DNA of 64,000 nucleotides from Haliotis cracherodii (lineage: Eukaryota): assembly GCF_022045235.1 (NCBI RefSeq), contig NW_027266264.1, positions 21,824,001 through 21,888,000 on the forward strand. Reading direction: 5' to 3'. Below are positions 1 to 12,700 of the stretch, piece by piece (position 1 is the first letter of the stretch; every line of letters begins with the position of its first letter). The notes under the pieces were generated by a model that worked only from the letters and a program-made list of their open reading frames with translations, ran no database searches and was not told the DNA's origin. The translations under genes and the position numbers were made by a program.

Positions 1-1470
1 TAAGGCCTGCGGTTTGTTGAATCTGTCTGTCTGTCTGAATCCGTAATTATACTATCATGTGTTATGTTTTTTTAATTTGTTCAATGTACTAATGCTGTAA
101 AAAAAGGTATATTATTACACTTGTTAAATTAAGTGACATCCAGTTTGTCAAGAATCCCAGCCTTTCAGAACACATATTGTTGGGGACCTCTCTGTTTCAC
201 TTGAAATGTCCCATCAGGATCTGCTGTGTTTCACAGTATTTTCTTGTTACAGCTTACTATTTAAAGACATGAAAAGTCTTTGTACAAAAGGCTTTTTTTC
301 AATTTTCAATTTTCTAAGTAACCAATTAGTAATCAAGTAGACACTGACACTGTGAAATAAGAATATACATTTATATCACGTAGATGCTGTGATATAAAGT
401 TATATCACCTTGATGCTGTTAAAAAGGATATATATCACCCGGATGCTTTGATATAAGGATTCACATTTCAGAATTATCAGCTGATCAAATGGTACCACTT
501 GTAACTATATCACTACAAACTTTCAGTAGCTGAGATAATTTTTCTGTAGCCTGGTAATGAAGATAGAGGCTGGCTACACAGCTAGCTCAAGTTAACCAGC
601 AGATAAGACATAGGGCAACAGCAGCAGCAGCAGCTACACAAGTCCTGTCTATGTTCTGGTTCCAGAGAGCAAGGAAAGGTTTGAACCTGATAAGACTCGC
701 TGTGTGACAGGAAATCCTCAATTAGAGAGGGAACACATACCTCTTGAGGCCCACTGCAGGAAGCATAAGTGTTTAATGTCACGGTCACTGTATGAACTAT
801 TAGTTGTAAGTGGAAGAAATACAGATCCTTTTTTATTACCATCTTGTATGTTTTGTAATGTTTCAGAGGTAAAATGTTCTTACAGGCCTCCGCGGTTTAA
901 CTTGTGAACATCTATATCTAACTTTTATCAGTTTAATCATAAGCAGGAAGCCCTTGATCATTTTCATTTCATGTACCAGTGTTAACTAGCTCCTTCAACT
1001 CAAGGGATGTTAATCCTTAAAAAAGTCTACTGCTAGTCCTAGCCTGGCTTTTGATGAATATGTGAACAAATTACATCTTAGGTTAGGTGAGCTGAAATGG
1101 GGTTTAATGTCGAGTCCACGATTATTGCACTTATATAACAATTACATCTTAAAAAACAAAAATAAGAAAAGTATACTTAATTGCATATTCAATAACCAAT
1201 ATAAAATATTCACATTTGCACTCCCCATCCATGACATTATATCCATGGATGTGTTATGTTCTAATATGCATATTTAGGAACAAATAAGATACAAGGTGAT
1301 TATCTAAATCTCCGACCAACACGTGTGCGAAAGTGATTTTTCTCCTCAAATCTGTCTCCATGGTATTCATGACTACAAAATGGCGGCTCCTGACCATGTT
1401 GAGTAATATTTAATAAAGTATGTAGAAAATGGGATCTGCATGTACAATCAGTGACAATAACTGTCAAGTA

Positions 1471-1682
1471 AGACGAGTTCTATGGATGAACGACTTCTTT
1501 ATTACAATTAGTGCGACGTTTCGGTGTAGATCCTAACATCTTTATCAAGCAATAGATCTATTGCTTGATAAAGGTGTTAGGATCTACACCGAAACGTCGC
1601 ACTAATTGTAATAAAGAAGTTGTTCATCCATAGAACTCGTCTTACTTCATCACTCCAACTTCTAAATGCCACTGAAAGAAGT
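1471..1682. mobile_element. Penelope-like retroelement terminal remnant: 182-bp palindrome with hammerhead-like core
   Basis: Inverted arms 1466-1556 and 1557-1647 (2 mismatches); 15-bp direct repeat aataactgtcaagta at 1456-1470 and 1683-1697; TTGATAA-A-GGTGT-loop-ACACC-GAAACGTC followed by AATAAA. Confidence 0.65.
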
Positions 1683-2293
1683 AATAACTGTCAAGTACTC
1701 TAGCTCCATATCTTAGGAGGCTATGTGTTTGGGGATACATGTAGTACATGTATTAGGAATAAACATTGTATTTAGCGAACTCCTACAGTGAGGTATGAAA
1801 TGTTATAGGTTGACAGTCAAAGTTCAATGAACATATGTGATATAAAAAATTTATCAAACGCTAGCGACATCCTCAAGGCCCAATAGGGTGACATGAATGT
1901 CAAAACTCGAGGTATTAGCGGACAGCATTGAAACCATATCACCAGCAGGATGGGGCACTAACCCACAACACGTGTGCTATGAACAAGAAACGCTATTACA
2001 CAATGATGCAAACCCTGAACCAAGGCTTACTCCCCTCTCATCTAAATCAAATCATCCAACCTCAACACATGCATATACCGGTAACTTGGTTACAAAGATA
2101 ACAGCCGCTGTAACAGTGGACATAACACACCCTCGTGTGTAGCTTAGGATACAGACATGTTATGATGTAACACGGTGCATGTGTTAACTAGTCCTCTGTA
2201 ATATTATGATGTAATGGGAAGTTTTGTAGGACAATTTAATATATATATGCTTAACCATGCCTTGGACAGTATGTAACATGTTGATCTCTCTAC

Positions 2294-2448
2294 AGTGAAA
2301 CACATTAACACGGTAACATATTAACAACTTTCCAGTTTAATGAATCACGGGTACAGAGTACTGTCCTTCAAATATCTGTTGACATTTCAAACATCTCCCG
2401 GAAGCTGTTTCCAGATTACCAGGGTCCGGATTAATGAGGTTTCACTGT
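2294..2448. mobile_element. Tc1/mariner-type MITE (degenerate)
   Basis: TA|cagtgaaac...gtttcactg terminal inverted repeats. Confidence 0.55.
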
Positions 2449-3109
2449 GTATATGTTACGGAGCTGTAATGATGTAATCACTTTGCAAGTGCACATCTCT
2501 ACATGGTCAGGGCAGCTGAAGCACGCCCAGCCATGTGGTAGGGGAAGGGAGTACAGCTACCATCAGGCAAATGTACCATGCCTTATGACCTGCTAGCCAA
2601 TTGGACACTAGTGCTGGAATTATTCATAGCTGCCGTTAGAGAAGCAGATCTTGTGTTAGTGTCACAGACTGTAAGCTAAATGTCTGTACAGTAGAATCAG
2701 TCAGAGCCTCAAGCCTTTCTTGAAGAATGTTTACGGCTTCCATCAAATGGAGAAGGTTCTCTTTCATGATGCTGTGTAAAGAAAACATTATTACAATAAC
2801 TGACTTGGCTATGGCTTACGGTGCAGCTCGGAGGCAACATGGTTATCTCTGTATCTTTACGTTCTTCTCCAAGTTTCCTGCGTTCCAACAAACACATTTA
2901 CTGTTACAGATTCATTGTTTCACGTGCTGTGTCAACGATTGCCACACACACAAACAATATTGTGTGTTGACACACATAGGAAATACATTTGATTGAAGTG
3001 TGTTTATTTGTAAATATCTGCCCCAAAAGTCTAAATTAGACTTCTTGATGTTCTTAATTATTTAGTTTTGTGTATTTGTAAGGTGTTGTGCTTGCTATTT
3101 TGGCAGTGT

Positions 3110-3665
3110 TACCATGGTGACCAGAATGTTTCTTCTTACAGCAGTAGAGCCAGCAAACCAAAAATTGTTGAATATGGCACCATGGCAACCAAAATATCAC
3201 TTCTTCCAGCAGTAGAGCTAGTAAGAAAAAAGTGTTGAATATGGTGATATCACTATGGCAACCAGAATATCTCTTCCTCCAGCAGTAGATCTAGTAAACC
3301 AAAACGTTTGAATATGGCACCCTAACCTTGGCAACCAAAATATCACTTCTTCCAGCAAACCAAAAAGTGTTGAATACGGCACCATGTCCATGGCAACCAG
3401 AATATGTCTTCTGCCAGCAGTAGAACTAGTAAACCCAAACGTTTTGAATATGGCACCCTAATCTTGGCAACCAGAATATCACTTCTTCCTGCAGTAGTGC
3501 CAGCAAACCAAAAGTTTTGAATATGGCACCGTAAACGTGGCAACCAGAATATCACTTCTTCCAGCAGTGGAGCCAGCAAACCAAAAAGTGTTTAATATTG
3601 GACCATAACCATTGTAAACGCTAACCAAAATGCTTCTCTTGCAGCAGTAAAGCCAGCAAGCCAAA
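3110..3665 (+). repeat. ~60-75 bp tandem repeat (~8 copies) comprising the intron 3' end and exon start
   Basis: Unit ggcaaccagaatatcacttcttccagcagtagagccagcaaaccaaaaagtgttgaatatggcacc; the last copy is the real acceptor. Confidence 0.9.
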
Positions 3666-3768
3666 GACTACTGTCACTGCCTCAGGTCTCTTCCTGGATG
3701 ATGAGGAGAAACAAGACGATCTGTTTGGTGCAGCAAGCAAGCCCACAGCCAAACCTACACAAGATAAG
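3645..3768 (+). CDS. WASHC2: WASHC2 exon (SKASKPKTTVTASGLFLDDEEKQDDLFGAASKPTAKPTQDK)
   Basis: CTAAC branch site and ttgcag/cag NAGNAG acceptor; donor AAG|gtacag; LF-acidic motifs. Confidence 0.85.
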
Positions 3769-6700
3769 GTACAGTGTTGTTCTTTTCACTGATAGTTTCA
3801 CATTAATGAAACATATCAGAACATGCAATTTGTGAAAACAACAAGAATAACTGTATAAAACGTATCCTATTCGTCACTAACGCCTTTCTGTGCTTATGCA
3901 ACTGAAGAAATAAGAGACCATCATCTGCTTGGATATCCCCACCATTTTAACATGTATTCGATACACTCCCAAATCAGTTGGTCCCAGGATATATATATTT
4001 ATAAGCCAATGACAAGAAATGTTGGTATTCATATGAACACACAATGCCATTTAGAAAAAGGTCAAATGTAACAAATGTTATATTTGGGATTGCACTTTCT
4101 GAGTAAAGTACAGATTCTCGTACTTTTTTGGGTTGAGTCCCATCCGGGATTCGAACCCACACTGCCAGAGTGAGGCACCAAATTGCCAGCACACAAAGTC
4201 AGCGATCTAACCCACTCAACCACCAAAGCTTCCACAAAAAGGAAAGTCCGACATCTGGTAGAGGTGCCTCACTCTGGCAGTGTGGGTTTGAATCCCTGAC
4301 AGGACTCAACCAAAAAAAGTACGAGAATCTGTACTTTACTCAGAAAGTGCTATTCCGGATATAACATTTGTTACGTTTGTATTCATAGATACTGAAAGTT
4401 GCACATTTTATATGGAAGAGAACAGAGTTATGTTGTCAGTATTACTTAACGATATTTATACTTAACACTGGGATCGTCAGGGACTAAAAATGCTATTCCA
4501 AGTTATTTCTTACAGTCAAACACCGGTAGGTGGAATCACTGGGGTATGAGCAGAGATGATATTGCGAAAATAATGATTGTACTTCGAATATATTTATATT
4601 TAATATAGTTATTGATTTGAACTGCTATTGTGTGTGTACAATACTGGTTACAAGTATGTGTTCTGTTCATTGCAAGGCTGACTGTTGTAGGTAGGTGGCA
4701 TGTTAACATTATTTGAATGCTATTGACCAGTAAGCAGTGATATGGCAAGAAGTCGAGATCCACTAAAGACATAGGATACGACCAGTAATATTTGTAGTAT
4801 TATCAAAACAAGTCCCAGATACATCTTTGCTGTGCTATTTGTTACAGAAGGGAGACAAAGCCAAGCCGAGGTCCAGCAGCCTGTTTGATGATGATTTAGA
4901 TGACGAAGAAGATATGTTCTCGTTCAAGTCAAAACCCAAAGACAGGTGAGTTTAATGGTATTCTTCATGTGAAACACATAACGTAATACATATTTTATCC
5001 ATTACAGCATTATGAAAGAGTCTCTGGCTATGGTTGCCTGTGTCAGACATTAATTTGATATCAGAAACAATCATGATCTCCGATTCACCTATGAGATGTT
5101 GCACATGTTGTATGAGATGTGTTGTAATCGTAGCAGTGGAGGCAAGAAGAAGCCTGTTGGTGGGGTGGCACTGTTTGGGGGTGCTGACATTCTGAAGAAG
5201 AAGACGGAAACCCCTGCAGAGGAGCCTGCCAAGGTGAGGACAGTGTTCAGGGTGCACATCTGTTTAAAAACACCTTGAATTTTGAGGTCTGTCTTGACAA
5301 GGTCATGGAACTTATAGTGTGCCATGTATGTTTCTTACCTATTCCCATCTGAATTAAATTACCAAAAAATAGCTTTTTAAGTTTTAAGAATCACTCTTTC
5401 TACCTGTAATAATCTTAATAGAAAACTGTTTGTATGTTTTCTATTTAGTGTCAGTATCAATAAAGTTAATTGTTTGTGTACTGGTGGATTTGAGAAGTGA
5501 AATGTTTGTGTACTGGTGGATTTGAGAAGTGAAATGTTTGTGTACTGGTGGAGTTGAGAAGTGAAATGTTTGTGTACTGGTGGAGTTGAAAAGTGAAATG
5601 TTTGTGTACTTGTGGAGTTGAGAAGTGAAATGTTTGTGTACTGGTGGAGTTGAGAAGTGAAATGTTTGTGTACTGGTGGAGTTGAGAAGTGAAATGTTTG
5701 TGTACTTGTGGAGTTGAGAAGTGAAATGTTTGTGTACTGGTGTAGTTGAGAAGTGAAATGTTTGTGTGCTTGTGGATTTGAGAAGTGAAATGTTTGTGTA
5801 CTTGTGGATTTGAGAAGTGAAATGTTTGTGTACTTGTGCCAGGCCACCCCGGAGGAAGAGAAGCCAGAGGTAAAACCCATACCCCGCAAGTCCACACTGT
5901 CGTTGTTTGATGAGGATGACGAGGATGCAGATTTGTTTGGTGCAGCACCAAAACCTAAACCAGCAGCCAGCACTGCCAAGAAAGAGGTACCATGGTTCTG
6001 TCCAGTTTCTTCTGAGACTTTTGGGGAGGATTGAGTAGGGGTATAGTGCAGGGCTCCAGGTCATCTGTGGAGCCATTGATTATTTTCGCACGCTATCATT
6101 CACATTGGGTTCTTTGGGTATTCAATATGTTTTTACTCCTGTGGGTCCAGTATTATTGGTATTCTTACACGAAGTAGTACCGTATTCGACGTAATAAGTG
6201 CCCCGCTCTAATAAGCACACACTGTGACATTTGCTAAGATATTGGCTAGTGAACAATTCCAATTTGCACCCCTTCCGATTGATCAATGTACACAAGACAT
6301 TTATTCCCGTATCATACGCACTCATGTGTTATATGCACCCTTAATTATGGGCAATTAAATTATGAAAAAATATATCTGTCGTACATAAATATTTCAGCAT
6401 AAATAACAATATTATCCTTCAACTCAGTTTTTTTCACCAAATTAATATTCTAATAAGAGCCCCCTATTTCTAATTTTGAGAGCGCCCTGGGTGCTTATTA
6501 CATTGAATACGTTATCCTTTTTGTTAAGTAATTCTGCTTAAGATACTCTTTCAGGGGGCTTCCAGTTTGTATCTGTATGTGTGCTGCCTGAAGTATGTCG
6601 CATGTTGCATCAACTCACAACAGTAATATACATGCCTAATTGACAATATTCCAGACGTAGTGCTATTTTTATGTATTATTCACTGCAGTAAGGTTCCTAT

Positions 6701-9700
6701 GTGTGTGATGCCTGCACTCCATCAGTAAATATAGATCTGTGAAGGTTTGCAAGTTGAAAAGGATACATTAGGTAATTAAGCAGAGGGATGGTATTTTATT
6801 TGTTTTTTTAATGTTTCTTGCATACTTGTACACACATAAATTAACTGGGTAATGGTGAATTATTCTGTATGTTTTATGCACATATACCTGAGCTCTTTGT
6901 AGCAAAGTTAAAATGTGACTGTAAAAATGAGGGAACTAGGGGTACGTGCATTATGGATGTAAAACATCAGAGCCAAGCATGCTTAGGGGTTTTCATGCCA
7001 GTAGCTGTGTCGCTCGGACCTGCAAAGATATTCGTCTTCCTAGGGAACAATACTTGTGAATCGGTGTGATAGTCAGATGTCTGATGTGGCTCTAAATATT
7101 AACTCACTCACTTTCAGTTATGGGGCCAGTTTGTAGCCTATTGCTTGAGTCTTTGTCTGGTGTGCGGAAGATCTGGGTCCCGTTATGTGAACTTTGTGAA
7201 GCTTGTCCTTGATGTTCTCTGTCATGATTTGCCTTGAATATTGCAAGTGCACATACTTACAATGAAGACACAGAGGTGAAATGAGAGAGGATGTCTAACT
7301 TAACCCAAAGCACAAATCTTGAGGGGAAGTGATGTCACCACACTGTTGGCCAATTTGTTGTACTTCTGAAACATTGTAGCATTGTTTAAATTTCTTTCTG
7401 CAGTATAGATGATATAGGCTGATTTAGTTGAAATAGAGAATAAACTTTTGTTTAACTGCTAAGAAAATATTTTGTATGCTATCCTACAGCAGAGCAAGCC
7501 CAAGGCTGGTGGCAAGAGCCTGTTTGAGGATGAGGATGTTCTGTTTGGTGGGGCCAGTGAGGAGGCACCAGGAGTGGACCTCTTCAGTAAACAGGGACCT
7601 CTGGGAGGCTCCGTGAGTAACAGTTACCAGGCACTGGGTTAAATCTAATCAGTTAGAGACTGGGTGGCTCGGTGAGTAACAATTAACAGGCACTGGGTTA
7701 AATCTAATCAGTTAGAGCCTGGGAGGCTCCGATAGTAACAATTAACAGGCACAGGGATAAATCTAATCAGTTAGAGACTGGGAGGCTTGGTGAGTAACAA
7801 TTAACAGGGACTGGGTTAAATCTAATCAGTTAGAGACTGGGAGGCTCCGTGAGTAACAATTAACAGTCACTTGGTTAAATCTAATCAGTTAGAGACTGGG
7901 AGGCTCCGTGAGTAACAATTAACAGGCACAGGGTTAAATCTAATCAGTTAGAGACTGGGAGGCTCCGTGAGTAACAATTAACAGGCACAGGGTTAAATCT
8001 AATCAGTTAGAGCCTGGGAGGCTCCGTGAGTAACAATTACCAGGGACTGGGTTAAATCTAATCAGTTAGAGACTGAGAGGCTGGTTGACTAACAATAAAC
8101 AGGCACTGGGTTAAATCTAATCAGTTAGAGACTGGGAGGCTCCGTGATTAACAATTAACAGGCACTGGGTTTAATCTAATCAGTTAGAGACTGGGAGGCT
8201 CAGTGAGTAACAATTAACAGGCACTGGGTTAAATCCAATCAGTTAGAGACTGGGAGGCTCAGTGAGTAACAATTAACAGGCACTGGGTTAAATCCAATCA
8301 GTTAGAGACTGGGAGGCTCAGTGAGTAACAATTAACAGGCACTGGGTTAAATCCAATCAGTTAGAGACTGGGAGGCTCAGTGACTAACAGTTAACAGGCA
8401 CTGGGTTAAATCTAATCAGTTAGAGACTGGGAGGCTCCGTGAGTAACAATTAACAGGCACAGGGTTAAACCTAATCAGTTAGAGACTGGGAGGCTCCGTG
8501 AGTAACAATTAACAGTCACTTGGTTAAATCTAATCAGTTAGAGACTGGGAGGCTCTGTGAGTAACAATTAACAGGCACTGGGTTAAATCTAATCTGTTAG
8601 AGACTGGGAGGCTCGGTGAGTTACAATTAACAGTCACTGGGTTAAATCCAATCAGTTAGAGACTGGGAGGCTCATTGAGTAACAATAAACAGGCACTGGG
8701 TTAAATCTAATCAGTTAGAGACTGGGAGGCTTGGTGAGTAACAATTAACAGGCACTGGGTTAAATCTAATCATTTAGAGACTGGGAGGCTCCGATAGTAA
8801 CAATTAACAGGACTGGGTTAAATCTAATCAGTTAGAGACTGGGAGGCTCCGTGAGTAACAATTAACAGGCACTGGGTTAAATCTAATCAGTTAGAGACTT
8901 GGAGGCTCCGTGAGTAACAATTAACAGGCACAGGGTTAAATCTAATCAGTTAGAGACTGGGAGGCTCAGTGAGTAACAATTAGCAGGCACTGGGTTGGAT
9001 CAATTCAGTAAGAGACCTCTGAGAGGCTCCGTGAGTGTCAATGAGCAGAGGGTTGGATCAGTTCAGTAAACAGGGACCTCAGGAAGGATCTGCAAGTATC
9101 ACTAAGCAGGCACTGGGTCTGATTGCCTCGGTAAACAGGGATCATTTGGAGGCTCAGAGAGTAACTCAGCATATCCTGAGCAGCTATACATGCAGTCCCC
9201 TTTAAAACACCTTTGGAAGTTAGTATTCCACCAAGTATTGTTTCCATGTGTACACAAAAGCTTCATTAGAATGAAATTGTTGACAGTGTGTATAATTAAA
9301 CACTGTGGATCCACGCAGTCATCCAGTTATCCAACTTTTCTGTGAATGCGGGCAGGGAGGCAAAACTATGATATAATAACTGAACAGCATTGCATATAAT
9401 AGCTGCTTTGGGTGATGTGTTGCAGTCTAAAGCTGAACCAGCTACAGCAGCCCCTTCTGCTAAGCCATCAGTGAAGGTTGGAGGGGCCACAACCAAGTCT
9501 AGCTCCACAGACCTGTTTGATGATGATGATGATGGCTTATTTGACACAAAGAAAGACAAGGTATGTTTACATTGCAAAAGTATGGACATGGCAAGGATCA
9601 ATCGTCATTGAATGTAAATTTGTGATACTGTATACCCTCATTCACATAGATAGATGTTTAACACTGCAGTCAGAAATAGTCCACCTATATCACGGTAGAC

Positions 9701-12700
9701 TGTTGAGAATCATGTTTCAACCAGACAAACCAGTGGTTGATATTATGAGCAAAATCCATGCCAACAGGGTACAACAATTGTAAGATGGTATGATAGACAA
9801 GGCAGGAACCTGCTCTAACTCTCCTGTGTTTCCCCCAGCCCAAGGAGAAGGTGGAGGTAGCTGGGGCCACTACAACAGAGTCATCTGATGCCGGACCACC
9901 AGCTGCTGAGGAGGTGGGTTGTACACCAGGGCAAAGGGACAAGGTGCCCAGGCTCTACACAGGCTTGTGGGTGGGGTGCCAGATTTTGGTAACTCGGTAA
10001 ACTGTGAAGAAATGTTTCTCTTAGAGATAGGAACAATATATTAAATCATTGATCTGTCTGTAAGCAGGTGCTGACATAATGATTTGGGAGAGGGACTACA
10101 AACTTGTCATTGCTTGTATGCAGTCCCTTTTATAGGAATGAAATGTGTCAAAACTAAAGCATCACTCAATACGACAGCCATATGTTCGCCAACACCAAAA
10201 AAGTTACATAGATGGCAGTGCCAGTAAGGCTTAAAAAAATAATGGAATTGGTTCTCTGGCAATGGCTTTTGAAATTATTGAGCGGGCAGGCATGCGATGG
10301 TAACATTATTTTTTGCTTGTTCAATCTAGTGTGTAACCAAATTTTGTTTACAATAATTTCGGGGAAATCATGTTTTTGTTCTTAAGTATTGTAGCATTTA
10401 ACTGCAGGCAGGTGGTATGTTCGAGACGCAGAATATTTAGAGATTTGGATGATATTTTTTTTTAAATGAAAATAAAAACGAAACAACCAGAAGACTTTAT
10501 GATGATGCGGTTGGTGTCTGAGAACCAAGACTATTAATTTTTTTAGCCTTATATTGATGAAATTCACTGACAGATTTTGTGTTCTAGATGAATAATAACT
10601 TGAAATTTGACTACAAGTTATGCATGAAAAATAATTGAAGTTTGCATGACCCAGGAGGCCAAGCCAGCAGCACCCCCAGCCGTCACCAAGCCCAGGAAAC
10701 CAGCAGGGGCAGTGTCCATGTTTGGAGGAATGGACCCTTCAGCTCTGCTCAAGAAGAAGAAGAAACCTGTGGAAGAGGAAGAAGACAAACCAGCAGAGCA
10801 AGAAAAGAAACCAGAGGAGAAGAAAAAAGGTATTCAGAATTATGTGCAAAAATGTGTTTAAGAAATTTGACATAGCACCCTCTGTGTAATTATTATTGTT
10901 GATATTTGTCTGTTGATAGTACAGTTACCATGCAATGTGGCAATGACCTTGCCTCGGTATCACTATTCCTAAAAGATTGCAATAAGGATGTATATCTTAC
11001 ACAGGGTGTAATCCTGTGTATTCAAAACCTGACTGTAATAAAATGAATGGGTTTGCGTGCCATTGATATTCTGCAGAATGATATTTTTGGGCATGGAATC
11101 CTCAATAACACTCTGAAATCACAAAACATGTGTTTTTCCCCTAAATGTGTACCCACCACATGGGATAACATGTTGCAATTGATATCTGGGACTGACAGTT
11201 TGTTATAGAGGTGAGGTGGGATTTTGTATGGAAACTAGATATTTTTTCAGCTGCAGCTCCAAAACCATCTATTGTTTAAATCTTTTCAAGCATTTTTGGG
11301 GACAATTTAGTATGTTTTTATAAAACCCCAGGCCCCATCCCCCTTGATATCATATGGTCGGACCCTTACCATCACGTTCTTTCCAACACTGTTGCAGCTG
11401 ACCCCCTGTTTGGCGATGCCGATGATGGCAAAGGTGGAGCTGACATCTTCACTGTGGTTGCCCCGAAGCCCAAGCCTCCTGCTGCAGCACCCAAGCCAGC
11501 AGCATCTCAAGATGAGGACAAGTCAGAAGAGGATTCAAAGGCCCAGCAGGTCTGTAGTTGCTATAAATGTAGAAAAATAAAGAAAAGAGCTACTAAGGCT
11601 TAAAAAAAAGGAAGAATTGGTTCCCAGGCAATGACTTTTGAAAATATAGTATGGGCGGGCTGTTGCTTTTTTTGTGTGTGTGTTTTGCTTGTTGAAACTA
11701 GTATGTAACCAAATAAACAGTTGTGTACCATCAACCTAGGAAATGACCTCTCTACATAGACAAGCATAGATTCCTATTGCTGCCATGACCATAACTCAAG
11801 ATGCGCAGTGTAGCAGTGCGCATGTAAAGGGAAGTAACTGTGTGCAATATTGGATCACATTGTTTTTAAGTATTAGGATTTTTTCATTATTTTGAAAATT
11901 GAAATAAAAACGAAATTTGTGGAAGACTTTGTGATGATTTGGGCTGTGCCTGAGAGCCAAGACTATTATTTTTTTAATCCTAATGAAGAAAAGGATAAAA
12001 CAAATGTTAACACCAGTGGATGTTAGCTTTCGGTGCAAGTATGAATTGTGTTTATTTTGAGTGAATATTTATTATAGCACCATATCCATCCTTTAATATA
12101 TGCTCATAATTAAAACAAGCTGTAACAAGAAGATACAGTAAGACACTGTAGATCCTGATGGTAGCATTCCAGGTGATTACAAACTGTCTGGATTAACAAA
12201 TCAGTGTGAGTGAGTTTGGTTTAACGCCGCTTTTAACAGTTTTTCAGTTATATTGCGGCGTGTCAGCTTAATGTGGGAGGAAAGCCCGAAGTGATGCAGG
12301 TCTCAGACGTTTTCTGCGTCTCAACAAGAGAGATGTTATCATTTATAACAAGAGAGATGTTATCAGTTATAACAGGAAAGAAGGTATCAGTTAGAAATAT
12401 AGGTCTGTGTCAGCTCTGTGTCGAGAAGTGTGTCTACCAGTAGCAGTGAGACAATATACACAATGTTAAAATGATGCCAGGTTAGACTGAGTGCAGTTTA
12501 CCACATTCCAATTACCATTGATTGTCGGTGGTTTCTCCGACCTAACTTGAGAGTGTTATAAATGACCTTCCAGGAGGCTCCCAAGCCCACCCGTCCTAAG
12601 CTGGCTGGTGCGGTGTCCATGTTCGGAGGGATGGACCCAGGAGGTTGGTCTGGTCAGAAGAAGATGATGCCGACCAGGCAGATCTCTGAGGGTAAGAGGA

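Noticed and set aside
550-660. Possible additional WASHC2 exon near a (CAG)n run
   Set aside because: Stops occur in all three frames after the candidate acceptor, and there are no LF-acidic motifs.
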